Positions 47,286-55,484 of a stretch of 55,484 bases of DNA are shown piece after piece. This DNA is from an uncultured Collinsella sp. (GTDB taxonomy: Bacteria; Actinomycetota; Coriobacteriia; Coriobacteriales; Coriobacteriaceae), in NCBI GenBank assembly GCA_902494945.1, contig CABUVF010000001.1, positions 1 to 55,484 on the forward strand, in the 5' to 3' direction. The notes beneath the pieces were generated by a model. That model ran no database searches. It was not told the origin of the DNA and worked only from the letters and a program-made list of their open reading frames with translations. The stretch's first letter is position 1; each line of letters starts with the position of its first letter. The translations under genes and the position numbers were made by a program.

Positions 47286-48977
47286 ATGAAGGTGGTTATC
47301 GTTGGAGGCGTCGCGGGCGGCGCATCGGCGGCGGCACGTTTGCGCAGACTCGACGAACAGGCCCAAATTCTCATCTTTGAGCGCACGGGTTTTGTATCGT
47401 ATGCCAACTGTGGGCTTCCGTACTACATTGGCGGCGTGATAGAAGAAGAGAGCGCATTGACGCTGCAGTCTCCCAAGGGCTTTTGGGATCGCTTTCGCAT
47501 TGCGGTCAAGACGAGTCACGAGGTGTTTGCCATCCATCCCGATTCGCATACGGTCGAGGTTCGCAATATGCTGACGGGCGAGGAATTTGTCGAGACGTAT
47601 GACAAGCTCATCCTGTCGCCGGGTGCAAAGCCGATTCGCCCTGCGTTGCCGGGCATCGACTCGGATAAAATCTTTAGCCTACGCACCGTTGAGGACACGC
47701 TGCGTATTCACAGCTATGTTCGAGAGCGGCGACCGAGCAGTGCCGTCGTGATCGGCGGCGGCTTCATTGGCGTCGAGACGGCGGAGAATCTGTGTGAGCT
47801 GGGGCTCCAGGTGACCCTTCTACAGCGTCCCGTCCAGCTTATGAACAACCTGGATTACGACATGGCGACCCTTTTGCATGCCGAGGTGCGTGAGCACGGT
47901 ATCGATCTGCGCCTCAAGGCCGATGTGACAGGTTTTGAGGAAGTTGATGGCCGCGTTGTCACCCATGTTGCGGGCGATGACCCTATCGGAGCCGATATGG
48001 TGCTACTTGCCATTGGCGTGGCACCTGAGAGCCATCTGGCGCAAGAGGCGGGGCTCGAACTGGGCATCAAGGGGGCTATTGTGGTCAACGACCGTATGGA
48101 GACCTCTGCTGCCGACGTGTATGCCGTGGGCGATGCCGTGCAGGTCACGCATCAGGTGACCGGCGAGGACGCGGTCATTTCGCTCGCCGGCCCCGCCAAC
48201 AAGCAGGGGCGTGTCGTCGCCGATGTCATAGCCGGCATGGACAGCTGCTACCTTGGATCGTTGGGCTCATCGGTTATCAAGGTATTCGACTTGACGGCGG
48301 CAAGCACGGGACTATCCGAAAAGGCAGCACACGCGGCGGGAATTGACTGCGACAGCGTGGTCCTGTCGCCCGGTTCGCATGCGGGTTATTATCCGGGTGC
48401 AACGCCCATGACCATGAAGGTTGTCTTCGAGAAGCAGGGATTGCGCCTGCTGGGTGCGCAAATCGTGGGCATCGATGGTGTGGACAAGCGTATCGACGTT
48501 CTGGCGACTGCCATCCAGGCAGGCATGCACGGCGATAGGCTTAAGGATTTGGACCTAGCATACGCGCCGCCGTATTCATCGGCGAAGGATCCCGTCAATA
48601 TGGCGGGCTTTATGATCGAGAACCTCAATCGCGGCATACTGGCGCAGTGGCATTGGGAGGATGAGCCCAACTTGCCACGCGATGGCAGCGTGCAGCTGCT
48701 CGATGTTCGTACGGAAGGGGAGTATGAGCGCGGGCATATCGATGGTTTCGTAAACATTCCCGTCGATGATCTGCGCAATCGCCTGGGCGAGCTCGACCGG
48801 GCCAAGCCGGTCTACGTGATTTGCCAGAGCGGCATTCGCAGCTACATTGCTTGCCGCATTTTGGCGCAGCATGGCTTTGAGTGCTTTAACTTCTCGGGCG
48901 GCTATCGCTTCTTTGCAGCCGTGACTGAGGCTCGCCGCGGCAGCGCTAACGTTATGCCGTGCGGGCTCGAAAAGTAG
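47286..48977 (+). CDS. CoA-disulfide reductase-rhodanese fusion
   Basis: GGVAGG, SYANCGLP, YAPPY, CQSGIRS. Confidence 0.9.
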   Translation: MKVVIVGGVAGGASAAARLRRLDEQAQILIFERTGFVSYANCGLPYYIGGVIEEESALTLQSPKGFWDRFRIAVKTSHEVFAIHPDSHTVEVRNMLTGEEFVETYDKLILSPGAKPIRPALPGIDSDKIFSLRTVEDTLRIHSYVRERRPSSAVVIGGGFIGVETAENLCELGLQVTLLQRPVQLMNNLDYDMATLLHAEVREHGIDLRLKADVTGFEEVDGRVVTHVAGDDPIGADMVLLAIGVAPESHLAQEAGLELGIKGAIVVNDRMETSAADVYAVGDAVQVTHQVTGEDAVISLAGPANKQGRVVADVIAGMDSCYLGSLGSSVIKVFDLTAASTGLSEKAAHAAGIDCDSVVLSPGSHAGYYPGATPMTMKVVFEKQGLRLLGAQIVGIDGVDKRIDVLATAIQAGMHGDRLKDLDLAYAPPYSSAKDPVNMAGFMIENLNRGILAQWHWEDEPNLPRDGSVQLLDVRTEGEYERGHIDGFVNIPVDDLRNRLGELDRAKPVYVICQSGIRSYIACRILAQHGFECFNFSGGYRFFAAVTEARRGSANVMPCGLEK

Positions 48978-48987
48978 CGCGCATTGG

Positions 48988-49019
48988 AATGTGACAAAGT
49001 GACAGCCTCTTTGTCGCAT
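48988..49019. repeat. Intergenic palindromic repeat, degenerate copy
   Basis: AATGTGACAAAGTGACAGCCTCTTTGTCGCAT. Confidence 0.7.
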
Positions 49020-49197
49020 CGGGGATGTTATATGCGGGATGGTGCGCCATGCGGCGTGCTGTCCCGTTCGTTTTTTGGCGCGGTTCGTTACATTCCTCAC
49101 TGGTATCGGCCAAAAATGAGATAGAGTAGGACAAACGCGCCGAACGTGAACGGCGGGGGAGCGGGCGAGCGCGCCCGCGCGAGAGAGGTTGCCGTCC

Positions 49198-52100
49198 ATG
49201 CTGGATCTCAGAGTTATTTGCAAAAGGTACGTTACGCAGTCGTTTACGCAGGTAGCGCTCGACAGCGTAAGCCTGTCTTTTCGCGATAACGAGTTCGTAG
49301 CCATTCTGGGTCCCTCGGGTTCGGGTAAAACTACGATGCTCAACGTCATCGGTGGACTCGATCATTTCGATTCGGGCGATCTGCTGATCGACGGCATCTC
49401 GACCAAGGACTTCAACGACCGCGATTGGGATGCCTATCGCAATAATCGCATCGGCTTTGTGTTCCAGAGCTATAACCTCATTCCGCATCAGAGCATTTTG
49501 GAAAACGTGGAGTTGGCGCTTACGCTCACGGGCGTGGGGCATGCCGAGCGCCGCCAACGTGCGCGCAAGGCGCTCGAGGCAGTCGGTCTGGGCGAGCACG
49601 TTGACAAGCGCCCGAGCCAGCTTTCGGGCGGGCAGATGCAGCGCGTGGCCATTGCCCGCGCCTTGATCAACGACCCCGAGATTGTGCTGGCTGACGAGCC
49701 GACCGGCGCCTTGGATTCAACGACGTCCGTGCAGGTTATGGATTTGCTCAAGGACGTTGCGCGCGATCGTCTGGTCATCATGGTCACGCACAATCCCGAG
49801 CTGGCGTACCAGTACGCCACGCGCATCGTCAGCCTGGCGGACGGCAAGGTCACCGACGATTCCGACCCCTTTGATGTGGCCACGGTCGCACATCGCGAGG
49901 CAAAACCCACGCGCAAAACCTCGATGAGCTTTATGACGGCGCTGGGGCTTTCTGCCCGAAACCTCATGACCAAGAAGGGCCGTACGGCCATGACTGCCTT
50001 TGCAGGTTCGATTGGCATTATTGGCATCGCGGCGATTCTGGCGCTCTCCAACGGCGTAAACGGCTACATCAAAAAGGTCGAGGAGGACACGCTCTCAAGC
50101 TACCCGCTTACGATTTCCAAACAAGATTACGACCTGTCGTCTATGATGGGCGGACAGGGGGGCACGGATGAGGAGGCGTCCAAGGGCGAGGACTCGTCCG
50201 ATGGCGCTACCGGCGGCAAGGCTAAGGGAACCGATACGATTCCCGTGGTCACGGCCGTAAAGGATATGTTCGCAAGCGTTAAATCTAACGATATGACGAG
50301 CTTTAAGGCATGGCTTGACGACGGCGGCAACGGTATCGACAAAGAGGTCAACGCTATTCAGTATGGTTACGGCGTGACGCCGGTTGTCTATCGTTCGAGT
50401 AAGGGCGACGAGAAGCCCGTTCGCCTTGTTCCCAACGCTATGACCGAGGCCATGAGCGGAGGCGCGAGCTCGGCGGCAACGGTGAGCATGGATTCCATGG
50501 GAACGTCGGTCTTTAACGAGATGATTGACGACCAGAGCCTGCTCGACAGCCAGTACGATGTCGTTGCCGGCCATTGGCCTACGTCCGCCAACGAGGCCGT
50601 GATGGTGCTTTCGAGCCGCGGAACGGTGGGCGACTACACGCTCTACAGCATCGGCGCGCTGGATATCGATGAACTCAACGACCTGGTTAACAGCGCCATG
50701 GCGGCCGACGGCAAGGTAGAGACGCCCAAGACCGGCGCCGACTTTACCTACGACGATGCACTGTCCACGACGTTTAAGGTGCTGTCGCCGGCAGATGCCT
50801 ATCGCAAAAACGAAGAGACCGGCATGTGGACTGACATGTCTGGCGACGCCGACTTTATGGCCGCCAAGGTTGCCGACGGCATTGACGTGCGCATTGTGGG
50901 CGTAGTGCGACCCAACGAGACGGCAAACGCGAGCGCATTGTCCCCGGGCATCGCCTATACGCATGCGCTGACTCGCCAGCTTATGGAGCGTGCTGCCGAT
51001 TCGCAGATCGTGCAGGAGCAGCTTGCCCACCCCGAGACGGATGTCTTTACGGGCAAGACCTTTGACGAGTTGCAAGGCGAGGCCAAGCAAGGCGTGGATC
51101 TGGGCAGTATGTTCAGTGTGGACGAGGCGGCACTGAAGAGCGCGTTCTCGTTCGATGCATCTGCGCTCTCGGGCGCGGCCGGTGGTATGGACCTTTCTGG
51201 TATCGACTTGTCCGGGCTGGACATTGACCTTTCGGGTGTTGGGAAGGATATCGACTTCAGCGACATCATGGTCAAGGCGCCGGCTCCGGATTTCTCGGGC
51301 ATCTTTGCCGGTCTTGAGCTCACGCCCGAGCAAATGCAGCAGGTGGGAGCGCTTGCCAACCAGCTGTTTGAGGGCTTTATGCGCTCTGATCAGTTTAAAG
51401 CGCTGTCGCCCGAGGATCTTAAGGACGTGTCGAAGCTCGCCACCGCATTCTCGACGTATCTTGAGAATGATGCCGCGGCTCAGCAATGCCTGGCTCAGCT
51501 CAAGGCCCTCGGCGGCGATGCTCTGGCCGAGCGCCTGCAGCAGGCGATGGGCGACTATGTGCAAAAGCAGCTGGCTCCGTATCTGCAGCAGTCTATGGAT
51601 CAGGTGATGAGGGCAATCAGCGAGCAGATTGCGACGACGGTATCAACTCAGCTCAAGGCGGGTGCGGCAGGTCTTATGGACCAAATGGCGACGCAGATGT
51701 CTTCGAGTTTTGCCAACTTGGCGAGCGCCATGCGCGTGGATGCGAGCGCCTTTGCTCGTGCCATCCACTTCAATATGGATGCCGAGGATCTGAGTTCGCT
51801 CATGATGAGCTATGCCAAGGCATCAAAGCTCACCTACGAAAACAATCTGACCACGTTGGGTTATGCGGACGAGGCGGACCCCATCTCGGTTAAGATTTTC
51901 CCGCGCGACTTTGAGGCCAAGGAGCGCGTGCTCGATCACATCGATGCGTACAACAAGCAGGTCAAAGACGCGGGTCACGATGAGCGGGCAATCTCGTACA
52001 CCGACTACATGGGTATCATCATGGGCTCGGTGACCGACATCGTGAACACCATCAGTTTGGTGCTCATCGCATTCGTGAGTATCAGTTTGGTGGTGAGCTC

Positions 52101-52452
52101 CATCATGATCGGCATCATCACCTACATCAGCGTACTGGAGCGCAAAAAGGAGATTGGCATCCTGCGCGCGATCGGCGCGTCCAAGCGCAACGTGGCCAAC
52201 GTATTCAATGCCGAGACCTTTATCGAAGGTCTCATTGCCGGTGTCTTTGCCATTGTCGTCGTGGTTGCCGTGAGCTTTCCGGTTAACGCCTGGGCACTTG
52301 CTGCCAAGCAGGTGCCCAATCTGATGAGTCTGCCCGTGCAGGATGCGCTGGCGCTCATTGCAGTTTCGGTGCTGCTGACGGTTGTTGCCGGCCTGCTGCC
52401 GGCCCGGAGCGCATCCAAGAAGGATCCCGTGGAGGCCCTACGCTCCGAATAA
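49198..52452 (+). CDS. MacB/FtsX-type fused ABC ATPase-permease
   Basis: GPSGSGKT, LSGGQ, ERKKEIGILRAIG, DPVEALR. Confidence 0.92.
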   Translation: MLDLRVICKRYVTQSFTQVALDSVSLSFRDNEFVAILGPSGSGKTTMLNVIGGLDHFDSGDLLIDGISTKDFNDRDWDAYRNNRIGFVFQSYNLIPHQSILENVELALTLTGVGHAERRQRARKALEAVGLGEHVDKRPSQLSGGQMQRVAIARALINDPEIVLADEPTGALDSTTSVQVMDLLKDVARDRLVIMVTHNPELAYQYATRIVSLADGKVTDDSDPFDVATVAHREAKPTRKTSMSFMTALGLSARNLMTKKGRTAMTAFAGSIGIIGIAAILALSNGVNGYIKKVEEDTLSSYPLTISKQDYDLSSMMGGQGGTDEEASKGEDSSDGATGGKAKGTDTIPVVTAVKDMFASVKSNDMTSFKAWLDDGGNGIDKEVNAIQYGYGVTPVVYRSSKGDEKPVRLVPNAMTEAMSGGASSAATVSMDSMGTSVFNEMIDDQSLLDSQYDVVAGHWPTSANEAVMVLSSRGTVGDYTLYSIGALDIDELNDLVNSAMAADGKVETPKTGADFTYDDALSTTFKVLSPADAYRKNEETGMWTDMSGDADFMAAKVADGIDVRIVGVVRPNETANASALSPGIAYTHALTRQLMERAADSQIVQEQLAHPETDVFTGKTFDELQGEAKQGVDLGSMFSVDEAALKSAFSFDASALSGAAGGMDLSGIDLSGLDIDLSGVGKDIDFSDIMVKAPAPDFSGIFAGLELTPEQMQQVGALANQLFEGFMRSDQFKALSPEDLKDVSKLATAFSTYLENDAAAQQCLAQLKALGGDALAERLQQAMGDYVQKQLAPYLQQSMDQVMRAISEQIATTVSTQLKAGAAGLMDQMATQMSSSFANLASAMRVDASAFARAIHFNMDAEDLSSLMMSYAKASKLTYENNLTTLGYADEADPISVKIFPRDFEAKERVLDHIDAYNKQVKDAGHDERAISYTDYMGIIMGSVTDIVNTISLVLIAFVSISLVVSSIMIGIITYISVLERKKEIGILRAIGASKRNVANVFNAETFIEGLIAGVFAIVVVVAVSFPVNAWALAAKQVPNLMSLPVQDALALIAVSVLLTVVAGLLPARSASKKDPVEALRSE

Positions 52453-52483
52453 TGTGACAAAGGGACAGCCCCTTTGTCACATT
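52451..52483. repeat. Intergenic palindromic repeat
   Basis: AATGTGACAAAGGGACAGCCCCTTTGTCACATT, also at 54324. Confidence 0.8.
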
Positions 52484-52487
52484 GGAT

Positions 52488-52528
52488 GAAAAGGCGCGGG
52501 AAGGGGGGTGGCCCTTCCCGCGCCTTTT
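52488..52528. terminator. Bidirectional terminator
   Basis: AAAAGGCGCGGGAAGGG..CCCTTCCCGCGCCTTTT. Confidence 0.8.
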
Positions 52529-53660
52529 AGTTTGTTTTGCCCATCAACGTGATACGGATGCTTGGATGGGTGTACTCGTCAAACTCGTCCTCGGGATCCG
52601 TATCAAACGAGTAATACGTTTTGATGAGGTCGTCACTCGTCCTGATAGAGATTCTCTCGTAGAGTGAGCCGTTCAAAAATGCCTGCCTAAACTCTTCGGG
52701 GAGTTTCTGCGGTGCCAAGAGCTCGGGGCTCACCGTCTTGACGTCAACGGTTTGAACGGCAGAGGAAAGCTCGTCAAGCTCGCGTTCGATGTGGGCAAGG
52801 TTATCCTCGAGGCTCGCGCTGGGGTCGACCTCTGCCGCGTAGCTCACTTCCTTGAGCGTCCCCTTGTTGTCAAAGTCCAGATACGTATAGGTCTTCTGGG
52901 CGTCGGAGTCGCCTTCGTGCAGATAGCCGCGGACATGATAGCCGTAATCTTGATATCGCTCGTAGGGGTCATCGGCGGACACGTACTCGCATGCGGGCTC
53001 TAATGCCTTGCGGGCGATGGCGATCTGCTCGGCCGCGGCCGCGGCGTCCTGTTGCATCTCGATGTTTCCCTGCGCCAGCTGCGGGATATAGGCACCGCAC
53101 ACGATTGCGAGGGGCAGTGCCACAAGCGCGACGATCCACTTTTTTGCACGGGGGATAGGCACGCCACAGGCCTCTGACATGGCTTTTGCGTTGGCAAAGC
53201 TTTCGGCAAGCACGTCTGCCGCGGTGGCGACGGCGCCTACGGCAGCGGCGACTTCTGCCGCGCCGCCCAGGTTGCGTGCGGTCTCGTTGTCGCTGTTCTT
53301 GAGCAGGCGCGCGGCAGCCTGCGTACCGATAACACCTGCGATTTGTGCCGAGTGGTCTTTCTCAGCCTGCTCGACGACGAGTCGGTGCTGCATTTCTTTC
53401 CACTGCTTGCCGCGCATGCCAAAGCGCGGCGCGAGCGCGCAGTAGCAGAAGATGGCGAGCTCGACGACGGTGAGCGCCAAGGCGGTCATCATGCCCGTCT
53501 CCTGGAAGCTTTCATGATGGAAGACGATATCGTCAATCATTTCGAAGGGAATGATCAAACAAGGCAGCACAAACGCCATGGCAAGCGCTGCGCCGGCAAT
53601 CTTGGGATAGATGCAGTATCTCTGGATACGCTTGCGTTCTTGTTCGGAAAGTGTTGCCAT
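52527..53660 (-). CDS. Hypothetical membrane protein
   Basis: Three TM segments plus soluble C-domain; AAGGA RBS. Confidence 0.7.
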   Translation of the reverse strand: MATLSEQERKRIQRYCIYPKIAGAALAMAFVLPCLIIPFEMIDDIVFHHESFQETGMMTALALTVVELAIFCYCALAPRFGMRGKQWKEMQHRLVVEQAEKDHSAQIAGVIGTQAAARLLKNSDNETARNLGGAAEVAAAVGAVATAADVLAESFANAKAMSEACGVPIPRAKKWIVALVALPLAIVCGAYIPQLAQGNIEMQQDAAAAAEQIAIARKALEPACEYVSADDPYERYQDYGYHVRGYLHEGDSDAQKTYTYLDFDNKGTLKEVSYAAEVDPSASLEDNLAHIERELDELSSAVQTVDVKTVSPELLAPQKLPEEFRQAFLNGSLYERISIRTSDDLIKTYYSFDTDPEDEFDEYTHPSIRITLMGKTN

Positions 53661-53723
53661 GGCTGATCCTTGGTGTCGTAACGGTCGTTGCGGCGCATGG
53701 GGCGCGGGGCGCATCAGTTTGAG

Positions 53724-54251
53724 CTAGCGCTGGATAAGAACATAGAGCAAGATGCTCATCGCGATGAGCAAGAAGCCTGCGATGTTAAACATCAGTGTGG
53801 CAAAGTTGCCCACGATGGGGCGTTCGACATAGCTTTTGTCTGGGTTGCTGGGGTTGTAGTACACGGTCATTTGGCTACCGAGGGGCCAAAGCTGCTCCGC
53901 GAGGGTGCCTAGGCGGGCGATGGGGCCTGTCTGCACGTGCAGCCAGCCCTTGGCGTCTTCGTAGGCGGTGGCTTGCGTGCGGATGGGGAGTTCCGACAAG
54001 CTTTTGGTCTTTATGCCACGGAATTGTTTTTTCGCGCGGTATTGCGTGCCGCCGACGGCGTATTCCAAAACGGGATACATCCTGCCTTCGCCCATAAAGC
54101 GATGGTCGATGACCGTTCCCATGGTCACGGCGGTACAGGCCTTGGCTTTCTTGCGAGCGGCGGCTTTCATGAGCGCGCTCACTCCGATAAGCAGGATGCC
54201 GATGCCCCCAACCAAGATGAGCGCGAGCAGGGATATCTGCGACGTGGTCAC
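53724..54251 (-). CDS. DUF3592-like membrane protein
   Basis: Two terminal TMs, YPVLEY, VYYNPSNP. Confidence 0.75.
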   Translation of the reverse strand: MTTSQISLLALILVGGIGILLIGVSALMKAAARKKAKACTAVTMGTVIDHRFMGEGRMYPVLEYAVGGTQYRAKKQFRGIKTKSLSELPIRTQATAYEDAKGWLHVQTGPIARLGTLAEQLWPLGSQMTVYYNPSNPDKSYVERPIVGNFATLMFNIAGFLLIAMSILLYVLIQR

Positions 54252-54323
54252 GGCGTTCTCCTTTGGCGCGATACCGTCATATGTGACTCAGTATAGAGAA
54301 CCCCCGCCCTCGGTGGGCGTATT

Positions 54324-54355
54324 ATGTGACAAAGGGACAGCCCCTTTGTCACATT
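54324..54355. repeat. Intergenic palindromic repeat
   Basis: ATGTGACAAAGGGACAGCCCCTTTGTCACATT. Confidence 0.8.
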
Positions 54356-54374
54356 GATTTGAGAATGGATGTTG

Positions 54375-55328
54375 ATGTATTTATCGCTGGCCCCTATGGA
54401 GGGGATTACCGGGCATGTGTTCCGTCGCGTGCATGCGGAGTGCTTCGGTGCGCTCGATTGTTATTACACGCCGTTTTTGCCGCCGCCGCGGGTGGGAAAC
54501 CGCTTTGGCGGCAAGGCGTTTAAGGAGATTGATCCTGCCAATAACCAGGGGCTCAACGTAGTGCCTCAGCTGATGTCCAAGAATGCGGACGAGTTTGTAT
54601 GGGCGGCACAGGTGCTCGCCGACATGGGCTACCGCGAGGTCAATCTCAACCTGGGTTGTCCCTCGGGAACGGTTGTTGCCAAGGGCAAGGGCTCGGGTTT
54701 CTTGCGTAATCTCGACGAGCTCGAGGCGTTCTTGGGCGATGTGTGCGAGCGCTCGCCGTTACCGGTATCGGTAAAAACCAGGCTGGGGTTGGAACGCGAT
54801 GACGAGTATGAGCGTGTGCTCGATCTGTATTGCCGCATGCCGCTGGCAGAGCTGATCGTGCATCCGCGCGTGCAAAAGGACCGCTATACGGGCTCGCCGC
54901 GCAAGGAGTTTTACGGCGAGACGCTGGAACGTGCGCCGTTTCCGGTGGCATACAACGGCGACATTTTTGATCTTGAGGATATGGACGCGCTGGTGGAGGC
55001 CTATCCCGGCACGCGCCATGTGATGCTGGGGCGCGGCCTGCTCGCGAACCCCGCTCTGGCTCGTATGGTCAACGGCGGTCCTGCTGCCACGGCAGCCGAA
55101 CTGCAGCGTTTCCACGACACGCTATTCGCGGCCTATGCAGAAGAGATGGGTGGCAACGCGGTCTTTCGCATGAAGGAGTGGTGGTTCTACGCCAAATGCG
55201 CCTTCGCCGATCCCGCTACCGTTCACAAGATCGTGCGCAAGACCAAAAAGGTCGACGAATACCGCGCCGCCGTCGAGCGCGTCTTCCGCGAACAGCCACC
55301 TGCTCCCATAGCCCGCTTTCACGGCTAG
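54375..55328 (+). CDS. tRNA-dihydrouridine synthase family protein
   Basis: LAPMEG, NLNLGCP, SVKTR, HPR, NGD, GRG. Confidence 0.9.
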   Translation: MYLSLAPMEGITGHVFRRVHAECFGALDCYYTPFLPPPRVGNRFGGKAFKEIDPANNQGLNVVPQLMSKNADEFVWAAQVLADMGYREVNLNLGCPSGTVVAKGKGSGFLRNLDELEAFLGDVCERSPLPVSVKTRLGLERDDEYERVLDLYCRMPLAELIVHPRVQKDRYTGSPRKEFYGETLERAPFPVAYNGDIFDLEDMDALVEAYPGTRHVMLGRGLLANPALARMVNGGPAATAAELQRFHDTLFAAYAEEMGGNAVFRMKEWWFYAKCAFADPATVHKIVRKTKKVDEYRAAVERVFREQPPAPIARFHG

Positions 55329-55484
55329 TTAGTCGTTGGGGACGTTCTTTAACGACTAGTCATTCAAGAACGTCCATTACAGTCGAAATTGTCAGCCCGG
55401 GACCGTCTCGGGCTACGATTGAGGCGCGCCCAGAACGGGCCGCCGACCGGGCGCCCGCGCACGGCCGAACGTCCCTGCCCCCGA

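Noticed and set aside
51115..51310. DLSG/FDAS low-complexity repeats in the ABC permease
   Set aside because: Ordinary protein-level linker, not a DNA element
1..55484. tRNA, rRNA, retron or reverse transcriptase
   Set aside because: None recognised

Overview
High-GC Coriobacteriia-like chromosome; Collinsella-like is inferred from gene content and composition. Positions ~650-31206 hold most of a Gram-positive integrative conjugative element (ICE). It carries YraN-like, parAB, mobC/relaxase, sortase plus a thioester/isopeptide/ester-domain adhesin, a T4SS (VirB6, peptidoglycan hydrolase, VirB4, PrgI, VirD4), a phage-like initiator with iterons plus DnaC/IstB loader, and two excisionase-like genes. 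It ends at a copy of the guaA 3' end (attR). Its integrase is not in the window, and a TnpX-like element ends at ~650. ICE cargo includes a divergent mef-msr macrolide cassette with a leader-peptide attenuator that splits a resident gene, and a defence-like block. In that block an intact Abi_2/AbiF-type HEPN RNase and a stop-interrupted DUF3800 gene are each followed by the same promoter-driven ~58-nt two-hairpin RNA, and a third related RNA lies upstream of DUF3800. This block is the best candidate for an undescribed system. A 15-bp palindrome (GGGACAATTTGTCCC) inside three conjugation ORFs is a candidate parS. A second degenerate guaA-targeted island with methyltransferases follows (to ~34122). 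The rest is backbone: flavodoxin, a second type IIA topoisomerase pair, AAA ATPase, ATPPase-only guaA, a two-component/thiol-redox cluster, a MacB-like ABC transporter and Dus. All family calls are from motif recognition; no searches were run.
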